The notes beneath the pieces were generated by a model that searched no databases, was not told the origin of the DNA, and was given only the letters and a program-made list of their open reading frames with translations. This document shows, piece after piece, positions 7,822 through 17,138 of a DNA stretch of 64,000 nucleotides; the first letter of the stretch is position 1, and every line of letters begins with the position of its first letter. Source of the DNA: Candidatus Gottesmanbacteria bacterium (GTDB lineage Bacteria > Patescibacteriota > Microgenomatia > UBA10105 > UBA927). The stretch is from contig CAWBPL010000002.1 of the NCBI GenBank assembly GCA_963790805.1, positions 956,860 through 1,020,859 on the forward strand, given 5' to 3'. The translations under genes were made by a program, and so were the position numbers.

Positions 7822-9233
7822 ATATGAAATGCGATTTGAATGAGAATCCGCATGACGGTCAGAATAACCGCTGCGCCAATCAGTATGAGCGCTCCGTTAT
7901 GAATTGCATCGTTTTTGTATCGACCCATAAGCGATACATCGTTGGAAAAAATATAGAGAAACCGCATTTCAACGATGAGAAAAAGACTTTGAATGACGCC
8001 TATAAGAAGTGCGGTCTGGAAGAAATTAATATGTACGTAAAGGGTAATGAGAAATGCCGGAATTGTAAGAAGAGCAAGAAATATACTATTCGTTGTTGAA
8101 AAATGTTTAGTCTCCTCATTCACATGCTCCAGACCGAAGAGTTCGTTGAACATGTGAGTGGTAGAAAGCACTATCGCGACAAGAGTTGTGAGGGCGATAA
8201 AGAATAGTCCTAAGGCGACAAATACTTCTCCTAATTTTGAGTGAATAAATACCGGCAATTTCGCGAGACCCTCATGAGTAACAGTGACCAGCGAGCCGTG
8301 AGGAAATAAATATCCCATGACGATGACAAAGACGCACGCGAACAAAAAAGACAACAGAGAAATCGTCCTGTTTTCCATGACGTGATATTCGAGCTTATCC
8401 ACATTAATTTTACGGCGGTACGTGTACCGGCTGATAAGAAGCTGGCTCCATGCCGTGACGGTGGCGCCCAGTAGCGCGAAGATGTAAAAAAAGCTGCTTC
8501 TTGACGCAAGCGGTGTCCAGTAACTTTTCCACGCAAGAAGAGACCTTCCGATATCGGCGCCATGTACCGCTACGTGCGCAATAATGACGGTGTAAAAGAT
8601 TAAGATCCATAGAATCATGTATCCGAATCTTTTGGGGAGCCGCAGTAAAAAAAGTGCGGCGAGATAACAAAGGAGAAAGAGAATGACGAAAAGATAATTC
8701 ATATCCAGAAGCCTTCCGACAATGCGAATGACTGAAAATATCTGTACGACTGACAGGAGGTTGAGAAGTAAAACGACCACAAAGAGAAAAAGAGATGTGC
8801 GGACGCCGAAATATTGCCGGATAAGTTCGACCGGACCTCGATTGGATACAACGACAATCCTGCCCATGATGCCGTTTATGAGGTGATTGATAAGAAATAC
8901 GATAATAAGAATCCCCAAGCTTTTGATGCCGAAAAGAGATCCGACCACCGCATATGCGCCAAACATGGCGACGTCAAAGTCGACGAGCGACGTAATGACG
9001 CCTGGAACTAGGATCGAAATGATAAGCGAAATAAATTCAGATCTGCTGATCTTGTCTTTCACTGTATAAGTATAGTACAGGCATGCAACCGCATGGGTTT
9101 TTCCTGCTCGTGATACAATAAACGGCATGAATCCGGAAATGAACAAGAAGTTAGGATTTATCTCGCTTCTGGGCACGGCGCTTGTGTTCGGCTCGACGGG
9201 TGTCTGGATACGGATACTCAATACCCACCTCAC
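7818..9233 (-). CDS. Nramp-related divalent cation transporter with non-canonical metal site
   Basis: It is a polytopic membrane protein. The TM1 region VPGVITSLVDFDVAMFGAYAVVGSLFG...GRIVVVSNRGPVELIRQYFG is colinear with MntH GPAFIAAIGYIDPGNFAT...GIATGKNLAEQIR. The stop overlaps the mgtA start (ATGA). The true start is probably at or downstream of 9128. Confidence 0.55.
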   Translation of the reverse strand: MRWVLSIRIQTPVEPNTSAVPRSEINPNFLFISGFMPFIVSRAGKTHAVACLYYTYTVKDKISRSEFISLIISILVPGVITSLVDFDVAMFGAYAVVGSLFGIKSLGILIIVFLINHLINGIMGRIVVVSNRGPVELIRQYFGVRTSLFLFVVVLLLNLLSVVQIFSVIRIVGRLLDMNYLFVILFLLCYLAALFLLRLPKRFGYMILWILIFYTVIIAHVAVHGADIGRSLLAWKSYWTPLASRSSFFYIFALLGATVTAWSQLLISRYTYRRKINVDKLEYHVMENRTISLLSFLFACVFVIVMGYLFPHGSLVTVTHEGLAKLPVFIHSKLGEVFVALGLFFIALTTLVAIVLSTTHMFNELFGLEHVNEETKHFSTTNSIFLALLTIPAFLITLYVHINFFQTALLIGVIQSLFLIVEMRFLYIFSNDVSLMGRYKNDAIHNGALILIGAAVILTVMRILIQIAFHI

Positions 9234-10053
9234 GGTCTACCAACAGCTATTCCTCAGAAACACCGCAGGCACAGCCATTAGCTTAATGATTCTTTTAGTG
9301 GGCGGGACACTGATTAAACTAGCGAAAAAGAAGCTTCCGATTGCCGGCTTATTGGCTCTTGCCGTGACCGTGCCGCTTTCTATTCTTTTTAACGCAATAG
9401 CCGTACTTCACCTCAAAATAGGTGTCGCCACCTTCATGTATTATGCGGGCGAAATCGTACTGTCGTATATATTCGGCGTGACGTTTTTTCAGGAAAAAAT
9501 CACCAAAAGAAAAATGTTCATGCTTTTGTTGGCTATGATTGGGTTGTCATGTTTTCTCTATCCGTTTTCATGGTCACTTATCAACTGGTCGATTCTCTGG
9601 GGTCTGGCATCCGGCGGAGTAGGGGCGGTTGCGAACATTTTCCGTAAAAGCCTGTCCGGTACGGTGGACCGGATGTTTCTCGTATGTCTGGGCCTTTTCA
9701 GCGGGATTGTCCTTTCCGTCATTATGTTACTGGTCAATCACGAGCCGACGCCATTCAGTTTGGCGGTACCGACGTACATATGGCTTGTTGGCATCGGATT
9801 CGGAGCACTGTTGGTCCTTTCAAACTTCTGGATCATGACGGGATTTAAAAACTTCGACCTCGGTTTAGGCGGCCTCGTCCTTTCCGCCGAACTTTTCTTT
9901 GCGACGATCTTCGGATTTCTGTTTCTCCACGAAACGCCGTTGCCTCACGAGTTGTTAGGCGGCACCCTCATCTCCCTCGCGGTGATATTTTCAAATGAGG
10001 GACTACTTAAAACTCGGCGCTTGCTCAAGAATAATAATCCATCTGCCGGGTGA
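9127..10053 (+). CDS. EamA/DMT-family transporter
   Basis: 308 aa with about 10 TM segments in a two-half repeat layout typical of EamA proteins. Confidence 0.6.
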   Translation: MNPEMNKKLGFISLLGTALVFGSTGVWIRILNTHLTVYQQLFLRNTAGTAISLMILLVGGTLIKLAKKKLPIAGLLALAVTVPLSILFNAIAVLHLKIGVATFMYYAGEIVLSYIFGVTFFQEKITKRKMFMLLLAMIGLSCFLYPFSWSLINWSILWGLASGGVGAVANIFRKSLSGTVDRMFLVCLGLFSGIVLSVIMLLVNHEPTPFSLAVPTYIWLVGIGFGALLVLSNFWIMTGFKNFDLGLGGLVLSAELFFATIFGFLFLHETPLPHELLGGTLISLAVIFSNEGLLKTRRLLKNNNPSAG

Positions 10054-10111
10054 ATTTGGACGAAAAAGGGCTACGGCAGGTATCAGTGAGAAGATATATA
10101 ATGTGTTATCC

Positions 10112-10357
10112 TCACCCCCACCCATTATTATTACTAGTAGTTGTCGGCTTTGGATCGGGATGTTGCCAAGCGTCGGGGTTAACGGGTTTTTCGCCACCAT
10201 GTTCTTCATAGTGTTCAAGGGCTTCCCGGTATCTAGTCTGCGATGTGCTATCGTATCCGCGGTATCCTGTCGAACGAAGAGCCTTTTCGATATTTTCTTT
10301 AGGTAGTGGCGCCATATGAATGTTCCGTAACATACCACATATAGTGCGTTTTTTCAA
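10112..10357 (-). CDS. small hypothetical protein (67-81 aa)
   Basis: This is an ORF-track entry. The plausible start is the ATG at 10315 (MAPLPKENIEKALRSTGYRGYD...). I recognised no family. Confidence 0.3.
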   Translation of the reverse strand: MKKRTICGMLRNIHMAPLPKENIEKALRSTGYRGYDSTSQTRYREALEHYEEHGGEKPVNPDAWQHPDPKPTTTSNNNGWG

Positions 10358-10560
10358 ATTAACGATATTGAGTCTGGTGCATAATTACACATAGCGCACT
10401 CCAGATGCGCTATGTAATGAGGCACAAAGGGTACTACAATCAGAAACTCAAGCAGACATAAAGAAGCTGGTTCAGGATATAATTGATAAAGTAACTATTT
10501 TTGAAGGAGGAAAGGTGAGGGTAGAGGGGCACATGCCTAACTTTACCCAATACTTGGGAT

Positions 10561-11637
10561 ATGAACTTAAAAATCGGCATCGTGGGAATGGCAAATGTAG
10601 GAAAAAGCACGCTGTTTAATGCGCTTTTGAAAAAGCAGGTCGCCCTTGCGGCCAATTATCCGTTTGCGACGATTGAACCAAACGTCGGGGTAGTTCCTGT
10701 TCCCGACGACCGCCTTGGGCGGTTAGCGGAAATCACGAAAGACGAAGAAAAGATGGACGCGCTGCCGCCGCTCGTCCCCGCAATTGTCGAATTTGTGGAT
10801 ATTGCAGGTTTAGTCAAAGGCGCGTCGGAAGGGCAGGGGCTGGGGAATAAATTTTTGTCCCATATCCGCGAGGTTAATATTATCTGCGAGGTTCTGCGGT
10901 TTTTCGAAGATCCCAACATCGTCCACGTCGACGGTGCGCCGGATGCCGACCGTGACCGCGTGACGGTTGAAACCGAACTTATCCTCGCTGATTTGCAAAC
11001 CCTTGAAAAACAGGGGGAGCCAAAAATGAATGCGACAAAAGATGATGTGAAACGCTGGGAACTTATCAAGCGGATAAAACCGCTAATGGACGGGGGAAAG
11101 CTTGCCCGCGACGTCGTCACTGATCCTGAGGAGCGCGTACTTTTGCGCGAACTGCAGCTTCTGACCATGAAACCGATTCTCTACATCGGCAATGTGTCGG
11201 AAGCACAGTTAGCGAATCACCCGAAGACGGATGTTTCACCCGTTGTCTTTATCTGTGCCCAGACGGAATCGGAGCTCGCCGCACTCGCGCCTGATGAACA
11301 GGCAGAATACCTCAAGTCTTTAGGGGTTGAATCGTCGGGTCTGGATTTACTTATTCAAAAAGCGTACGAACAGCTGGGACTTATTTCATTTCTTACGTGC
11401 GGCCCGATCGAAGCGCGTGCGTGGACCATAGAAAAGGGGACGAAAGCGCCTGCCGCCGCAGGTACGATTCATACGGATTTCGAAAAGAAATTCATTAAAT
11501 CCGATACCGTTTCGTATGAAGAGTTTGTTTCATTGGGAGGCTGGAAAAAGGCCAGAGACGCCGGAAAAGTGCGTAGCGAGGGCAAAGAATACGAAATGAA
11601 AGACGGAGACGTTGTGGAGTTTAAAATCGGCACGTGA
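10561..11637 (+). CDS. ychF: redox-regulated ATPase YchF
   Basis: N-terminal IGIVGMANVGKSTLFNAL, the DIAGLVKGASEGQGLGNKFL motif, and a C-terminal TGS-like domain. Confidence 0.92.
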   Translation: MNLKIGIVGMANVGKSTLFNALLKKQVALAANYPFATIEPNVGVVPVPDDRLGRLAEITKDEEKMDALPPLVPAIVEFVDIAGLVKGASEGQGLGNKFLSHIREVNIICEVLRFFEDPNIVHVDGAPDADRDRVTVETELILADLQTLEKQGEPKMNATKDDVKRWELIKRIKPLMDGGKLARDVVTDPEERVLLRELQLLTMKPILYIGNVSEAQLANHPKTDVSPVVFICAQTESELAALAPDEQAEYLKSLGVESSGLDLLIQKAYEQLGLISFLTCGPIEARAWTIEKGTKAPAAAGTIHTDFEKKFIKSDTVSYEEFVSLGGWKKARDAGKVRSEGKEYEMKDGDVVEFKIGT

Positions 11638-11708
11638 GGCTACGTTTAAACCTGTTCAACAGACTGATATGGTTTGATATCGTTCTGCGGCATTGATATA
11701 ATCTGCCC

Positions 11709-12293
11709 ATGACACACAATCCTGAACATTCCCTCAGCAAATTGGCAGCGCAATATAATATTCATGTTGATGGAGACGCAAAAACCGATTCAGGACTGAC
11801 CCCGCGCCTCGCAGCGTTTGATGATGAGGGGACAACGGTACAACATATAGAGAAAGATGGCGCCGACTACCTCAGTTTCCAGATTGACTATTATCATAGC
11901 CGTGACATACGGGCGAGTAGGACCGTAGCCGTTATTTCGCAGGGGAAGCGTACCGAGCTTGCCTATTGGACAAAGGGAGCACGGTCAAAGATTCTTGATA
12001 TCCATGAGGGACAGGGAAGTTTAATTCTTGGCGATCCAAGCGAGAGAATTACGCGAATTTTCCCGTTTGATAGTAAAACTATGAAACAAATACTTCTTCC
12101 GGCCGGTTACTTTTATACAATTCAGGCGGCTTCAGATAGCGTTGAACCGCTGGTAGTTTCAGGTTTTTATGAGCCGCCACCGGATTGGGACGCTTTAGAA
12201 ATTCCGCTTTCACCCGGACAGAGAATTGTCGAAGCTCCTGAGGGTAATATCATAGTGCCGTCTGATTTTATGACTGTCTGCGGGGCGGCGTAA
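11709..12293 (+). CDS. hypothetical protein, possibly cupin-like (194 aa)
   Basis: A long ORF in a housekeeping context. The segment LLPAGYFYTIQA is weakly suggestive of a beta-barrel fold. Confidence 0.4.
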   Translation: MTHNPEHSLSKLAAQYNIHVDGDAKTDSGLTPRLAAFDDEGTTVQHIEKDGADYLSFQIDYYHSRDIRASRTVAVISQGKRTELAYWTKGARSKILDIHEGQGSLILGDPSERITRIFPFDSKTMKQILLPAGYFYTIQAASDSVEPLVVSGFYEPPPDWDALEIPLSPGQRIVEAPEGNIIVPSDFMTVCGAA

Positions 12294-12301
12294 GCCATCT
12301 C

Positions 12302-12330
12302 TTGCCTCAAAAAGAGCGTCGTGGTATCAT
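12302..12330 (+). promoter_or_regulatory. sigma70-like promoter TTGCCT-17-TATCAT upstream of rpsF
   Basis: Counted directly in the sequence. It lies 9 nt upstream of the ATG at 12340. Confidence 0.35.
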
Positions 12331-12339
12331 AAGAACCTT

Positions 12340-12618
12340 ATGACGAGATCCTACGAACTGATGCTTGCGGTCCGGCCCGATATAGAGGTGACGGACAAAT
12401 CTGCAGGCGAATTGGTGAAAAAGCTTATCGGCGATGCCGCCAAAGTGGTCGAAGTGTCGCTTCTTGGTAAAAAAACACTCGCATATCCCATTCAAAAGCA
12501 AAAAGAAGCAACGTATATCGTTGCGACGTTATCGGGATTACTCATCATTAATGATGTCGAAAAACGGATACAATTAGGCGCGGAGGTGTTGCGGTTCTTG
12601 CTCACCGTAAAGAAATAA
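12340..12618 (+). CDS. rpsF: 30S ribosomal protein S6
   Basis: MTRSYELMLAVRPD...GKKTLAYPIQK, sitting in the conserved rpsF-ssb-rpsR order. Confidence 0.9.
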   Translation: MTRSYELMLAVRPDIEVTDKSAGELVKKLIGDAAKVVEVSLLGKKTLAYPIQKQKEATYIVATLSGLLIINDVEKRIQLGAEVLRFLLTVKK

Positions 12619-12619
12619 T

Positions 12620-13126
12620 ATGTCGAGCCGAAGTTTAAATAAAGTGCAGCTTATCGGGAATTTGACGCGGGATCCTGAACTTCGCTATACGCCGACCGGC
12701 GCCGCCGTTTGCACAATAGGACTTGCAACAAACAGAACGTGGACGACGGAATCAGGCGAAAAGAAAGAAGAAACGGAATTTCACCGCGTCGTCGCGTGGA
12801 ATAAACTTGCCGAGCTTTGCAGCCAGCTTTTGACCAAAGGTCGAAAGATCTATGTTGAAGGAAGACTGCGGACCAACAGCTGGACGGCGCAGGACGGCAC
12901 GCAGCGGACAACGACGGAAGTAGTTATAGAAGACATGATTATTCTGGATTCGCGAAGACCGGTAACGAATGTTGAAGGGGAAAGCGCTGAATCGCATGAA
13001 AGCGCTTCGGTCGTCGCTCAACCGGCTGTTGCGGCCGCGCCCGCTTCAAAGAAAAAGACAGATGAGAAAAAGTCAGAGCAGCCGTCGCAATCCGAAGACG
13101 TCAATCCTGACGATATACCGTTTTAA
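12620..13126 (+). CDS. ssb: single-stranded DNA-binding protein
   Basis: LNKVQLIGNLTRDPELRYTPTGAAVC...FHRVVAWNKLAE, with the acidic tail DDIPF. Confidence 0.93.
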   Translation: MSSRSLNKVQLIGNLTRDPELRYTPTGAAVCTIGLATNRTWTTESGEKKEETEFHRVVAWNKLAELCSQLLTKGRKIYVEGRLRTNSWTAQDGTQRTTTEVVIEDMIILDSRRPVTNVEGESAESHESASVVAQPAVAAAPASKKKTDEKKSEQPSQSEDVNPDDIPF

Positions 13127-13143
13127 CAATGTAAAGGAGCAGT

Positions 13144-13383
13144 ATGAGACCAAACAGATTTAACAAAAAAGTACGACCGGTAGCCAGAAACTGCCATTAT
13201 TGCAATAACAAAATCGAACCGGACTATAAAGATATTACGCTTTTGGGCAAATATCTTACCGAGCGCGGCAAAATTTTGGGAAGAGCCAAGACAGGCGTTT
13301 GCAGCAAACATCAGCGCGAACTTGAAGCGGCAATTAAGCGTGCGCGTCATATGGCACTTCTGCCATTTTTGGTCCGCGCGTAA
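13144..13383 (+). CDS. rpsR: 30S ribosomal protein S18
   Basis: [59 protein letters not shown]. Confidence 0.92.
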   Translation: MRPNRFNKKVRPVARNCHYCNNKIEPDYKDITLLGKYLTERGKILGRAKTGVCSKHQRELEAAIKRARHMALLPFLVRA

Positions 13384-13453
13384 AGATTTGAACTTATTTT
13401 CTCCATTTACTTGACCGGTCATTTGCTGGTAGTATTTATACTATCGACGTGTT

Positions 13454-14740
13454 ATGAAACAGGTTCCATTTTCAAAATTTCGATCGTATATTCTTATTGC
13501 CGCCCTCGTTATTTTATCGGTTGGCATAGGCTACCAGTTGGGCGAGCGAAAGCTGGAGTTGAGCATCACTCCGGATAAGCGTGTTGTCGTAGGGACCCAA
13601 CCTCCCGCATCACTCAATGTTGATTTTTCGCTTTTTTGGGTCGTATGGCAGAAACTTACCAGTACCTATATTGATCATACGTCGATTGATCCGCAAAAGA
13701 TGGTGTGGGGAGCGATTTCCGGTATGGTAAATTCTCTCGGCGATCCCTATACGGTTTTTTTGCCTCCGACGGATAACAAAAGTTTTAAAGACGAATTAGG
13801 GGGCGAATTTGAGGGGATCGGCGCGCAACTGGATATGAAAGACGGGTATATTATGGTCGTCGCACCGCTTAAGGATACGCCGGCGGAAAAAGCGGGTATA
13901 AAGCCCGGTGATTACATTTTGAAAGTAAACAATGAAAGCACGACCGGCTGGACCATAGATCAGGCGGTCGCGAAAATCCGCGGACCGGTGGGAACGACGG
14001 TTAAACTTTCTATTCTTCACGAAAAAGCATCAAAGCCCGTTGACATGACGATTACGCGGGCAACCATCACTGTTTCCTCTGTAACGAGCTGGATTAAAAC
14101 GCCGGAAGAAATTAAAGAAATTTCCGACGTGCCGTCCTACACAACCTTAAGCCAGAATTCAGATAAAATCGCATATATTCAATTATCACGCTTCGGTGAT
14201 ACGACGAACGATGACTGGACAAAAGCGGTAAATACGATAGCTGCAGCCTATCAGGCAAACTCCGGCGTGAAGGGACTTATTTTTGACCTTCGCAATAATC
14301 CGGGAGGATATCTGGAAAGCGCAGTATTTATCGCAAGCGAATTTATTAAATCAGGAACTGTCGTTTCGCAGGTCAACAGCGACGGCACAAGACAGGATTA
14401 TCCTGTTGAACATGTTGGTAAGTTGTTGAATATACCGGTTGTGGTTCTTATAAATCAAGGAAGCGCGTCGGCTGCTGAAATAGTCGCAGGAGCGCTTCGG
14501 GATTATAAACGGGCGACGCTCGTCGGCGTCACATCGTTTGGCAAAGGATCTGTGCAGACGCCGGAAGATTTGCCGGACGGCTCAGGACTTCATATAACGA
14601 CGGGAAAGTGGCTATTGCCGAAGGGTGATTCAATTAATAAAAAAGGTGTCACGCCGGATGTCGTTATAGAACAGCCTGATACTGTAACGGCAACAAATGA
14701 CGCGCAACTTGCAAAAGCCATTGAAATTTTATTACAATAA
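13454..14740 (+). CDS. S41-family C-terminal processing peptidase with PDZ domain
   Basis: N-terminal TM anchor, PDZ segment GIKPGDYILKVNNEST, and S41 motifs DLRNNPGGY and SFGKGSVQ. Confidence 0.85.
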   Translation: MKQVPFSKFRSYILIAALVILSVGIGYQLGERKLELSITPDKRVVVGTQPPASLNVDFSLFWVVWQKLTSTYIDHTSIDPQKMVWGAISGMVNSLGDPYTVFLPPTDNKSFKDELGGEFEGIGAQLDMKDGYIMVVAPLKDTPAEKAGIKPGDYILKVNNESTTGWTIDQAVAKIRGPVGTTVKLSILHEKASKPVDMTITRATITVSSVTSWIKTPEEIKEISDVPSYTTLSQNSDKIAYIQLSRFGDTTNDDWTKAVNTIAAAYQANSGVKGLIFDLRNNPGGYLESAVFIASEFIKSGTVVSQVNSDGTRQDYPVEHVGKLLNIPVVVLINQGSASAAEIVAGALRDYKRATLVGVTSFGKGSVQTPEDLPDGSGLHITTGKWLLPKGDSINKKGVTPDVVIEQPDTVTATNDAQLAKAIEILLQ

Positions 14741-14753
14741 ATAATTATTTTCA

Positions 14754-15965
14754 TTGATCTCTGCCATGCAGCCGCAAAAGTTGACAGTGCAACGAGTTCT
14801 TCTTCTTGGCGCCATCGTTATTTTGGCGATCGGCGGGCTCGTCAGTTCAGGAATTTTCGGTTTGAACTGGAGCAGGATCGGCAACTTTTTGCATGTTCCG
14901 GCCGCGATGCCTGAAAACACGGCAAGCGCTCCCACAAATGTGAGAATCGTGAGCGAAGAATCTGTCGTTATTGACGCTGTCGATAAAGTGTCGCCGGCTG
15001 TCGTTACGGTAGGTATAACAAATCCGCCATCTTCGTCCGGCGATTCATTTATCTTTGATCCATTTAACCCGAATTCATTTTTCCAGCCTCAACCCCAACC
15101 GACGCAGGGGTCGCAAAATACCGAACAGGATATCGGAAGCGGATTTATCGTTTCAACGGACGGGCTCATTGTTACGAATAAACACGTTGTAAGTGACTCC
15201 CAGTCAACGTACCGCGTGATTACCAAGGATAATAAATCATATGACGTGACAAAAATTTACCGTGATCCGGTGAACGATCTGGCAATTTTAAAGATTAATG
15301 CTTCAAATTTACCGGTCGTTGAAATGGGGGATTCGGGCAAAATTAAAGTGGGACAGCTTGCTATCGCGATCGGTACGGCGCTCGGAGAATTCAGGAATAC
15401 CGTAACAACCGGCGTTGTTTCCGGCATCGGAAGAGGCATTACTGCCGGAAGCCCTTTAGAAGGTGAGGCGGAAACCCTTGATAATGTAATCCAGACGAGT
15501 GCCGCCATCAATCCCGGCAATTCCGGAGGCCCGCTGGTAAACAGCAGCGGGCAGGTCGTCGGGATCAATACTGCAGTATCGCAGGAAGGCCAGAATATCG
15601 GGTTTGCGCTTCCTATTAACGTCGTTCGGGATGCGATCAATAACTTTAACCAGACCGGCCAGTTTAACCGGCCGTATTTAGGCGTGCGGTACAAAACGAT
15701 AACCAAAGACGTCGGGATTATGAATGACGTGCCTGAGGGCGCATATATTATCGATGTCGTTGCGGGTTCGCCGGCTGATCAGGCGGGATTAAAGCCGGAT
15801 GACATAATAACAACGGTAGACGGAACGAAATTATCCTCAAATAATACGGAGCTTTCAACTGTCATTGCCGGCAGAAAAGTGGGGGATACGCTTACTTTGG
15901 GTGTTTATCGCAATGGAAACACGTTAACGCTTCATGTAAAACTGGGGAATCAGGCGGATCAGTAA
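14754..15965 (+). CDS. HtrA/DegP-like trypsin-type serine protease with C-terminal PDZ
   Basis: Catalytic triad context VTNKHVV, NDLAILKI and GNSGGPLV. PDZ segment GLKPDDIITTVDG. Confidence 0.88.
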   Translation: MISAMQPQKLTVQRVLLLGAIVILAIGGLVSSGIFGLNWSRIGNFLHVPAAMPENTASAPTNVRIVSEESVVIDAVDKVSPAVVTVGITNPPSSSGDSFIFDPFNPNSFFQPQPQPTQGSQNTEQDIGSGFIVSTDGLIVTNKHVVSDSQSTYRVITKDNKSYDVTKIYRDPVNDLAILKINASNLPVVEMGDSGKIKVGQLAIAIGTALGEFRNTVTTGVVSGIGRGITAGSPLEGEAETLDNVIQTSAAINPGNSGGPLVNSSGQVVGINTAVSQEGQNIGFALPINVVRDAINNFNQTGQFNRPYLGVRYKTITKDVGIMNDVPEGAYIIDVVAGSPADQAGLKPDDIITTVDGTKLSSNNTELSTVIAGRKVGDTLTLGVYRNGNTLTLHVKLGNQADQ

Positions 15966-15985
15966 ATTGTAAAAAACCTTCAGCA

Positions 15986-16684
15986 TTACGCCTGAGATGT
16001 TATCATGGCATCCGTCACTTTTTGAAGTTTCCCTTCCATAATATCTTCAAGATTGTGCCATGATTTGTTGATCCTGTGGTCAGTCACCCGATTTTGCGGA
16101 TAATTGTAGGTGCGGATTTTTTCGGCCCGCATGCCGCGCCCGATAACGCTTCTTGCGGCGCCCATGGTGGCGACTGCTTTCATTTCTTCGCGTTCCCAGA
16201 GTTTGGCCCGAAGCATCGAAAGCGCGACCTGGCGGTTCTGATACTGATCGCGCTCGGTCTGGCATGAAACGACGATACCGGTCGGCTTGTGATAGATGCG
16301 TGCCGCAGAACTAACCTTATTGACGTTTTGGCCGCCTTTGCCGCCGCTTCGGAAAAATTCCCACTGGATGTCTTCCGGCCGGATGTATACTTCCGTTTCA
16401 GGTATTTCCGGTAATACGGCAACGGTTGCGGTTGACGTGTGGATTCTCCCTTGGCGCTCTGTGGTCGGTACACGCTGGACCCTGTGCGTTCCGGCTTCAT
16501 ATTGAAGCTTGGTAAACGCACCCGCGCCTTTTATCCGAATTGCGGCGTCTGCGATTTGTTCGACTTTCCATCCCAAGATATTGGCGTAGCGCGTGTACAT
16601 GCGCATAAGGTCCTGCGCCCACAGGCGCGCCTCTTCGCCACCCGGTCCGGGTCTGAATTCCAATATGGCTATATCAGTATTCAT
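15986..16684 (-). CDS. prfA: class-I peptide chain release factor, RF1-type, lacking the N-terminal domain 1 (232 aa)
   Basis: It has HRVQRVPTTERQGRIHTS (a PxT-type codon-recognition motif) and FRSGGKGGQNVNKV (GGQ). The protein begins at the equivalent of E. coli RF1 residue ~107 (AILEFRPGPGGEEA). Confidence 0.8.
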   Translation of the reverse strand: MNTDIAILEFRPGPGGEEARLWAQDLMRMYTRYANILGWKVEQIADAAIRIKGAGAFTKLQYEAGTHRVQRVPTTERQGRIHTSTATVAVLPEIPETEVYIRPEDIQWEFFRSGGKGGQNVNKVSSAARIYHKPTGIVVSCQTERDQYQNRQVALSMLRAKLWEREEMKAVATMGAARSVIGRGMRAEKIRTYNYPQNRVTDHRINKSWHNLEDIMEGKLQKVTDAMITSQA

Positions 16685-16776
16685 AAAAATGCTTAATGAT
16701 AAATGCTAAATGATAAATAAATACACCGGAGTTTTACAATTTAGCATTGGCCATTTGGCATTTAGTATTGAGTTTG

Positions 16777-17085
16777 CTATTTAAGCCCCATCAGCATTTC
16801 TTTGAGGGATTTCTGGTTACGAAGCGCGGAAACGCGTTCTTCCTTCTTTTTCTTTTTTTCCGCAAGCATAGCAGACTTGGCTGCCGCTTCTTTCTGTTTT
16901 TTCTGGAATTTCTCGACGCGGCCCAAGGTATCGACAAATTTCATCTCACCGGTAAAAAACGGGTGGCATTTGGAACATATTTCCACGCGAAGCTCCGGTT
17001 TGGTGGCTCCGACGGTAAACACGTTGCCGCATGCGCAAACAACGCGCGCTTCGGGATACCAAGTGGGATGTGTATTTGCTTTCAT
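16777..17085 (-). CDS. rpmE: 50S ribosomal protein L31 (Zn-ribbon type) with Lys-rich C-terminal extension
   Basis: [23 protein letters not shown]...[24 protein letters not shown], followed by about 33 extra residues ([41 protein letters not shown]). Confidence 0.88.
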   Translation of the reverse strand: MKANTHPTWYPEARVVCACGNVFTVGATKPELRVEICSKCHPFFTGEMKFVDTLGRVEKFQKKQKEAAAKSAMLAEKKKKKEERVSALRNQKSLKEMLMGLK

Positions 17086-17138
17086 AATAAGACAATTATT
17101 ATACCATTCGGGCGATCTCTCTGTCTAGGATACATGTT

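Noticed and set aside
7822-9233. An M-box (Mg2+) riboswitch upstream of mgtA.
   Set aside because: mgtA has no 5' UTR because it is stop-start coupled to the Nramp-like gene. The region upstream of that gene is only a short divergent spacer shared with the EamA gene. I could not recognise M-box conserved segments by eye, and a covariance search would be needed to be sure.
15986-16776. A programmed +1 frameshift as in prfB, which could explain the short release-factor ORF.
   Set aside because: The protein has the RF1-type PxT motif, not the RF2 SPF motif. The upstream 92 nt contain no short leader ORF ending in CTTTGA, and rpmE follows immediately.
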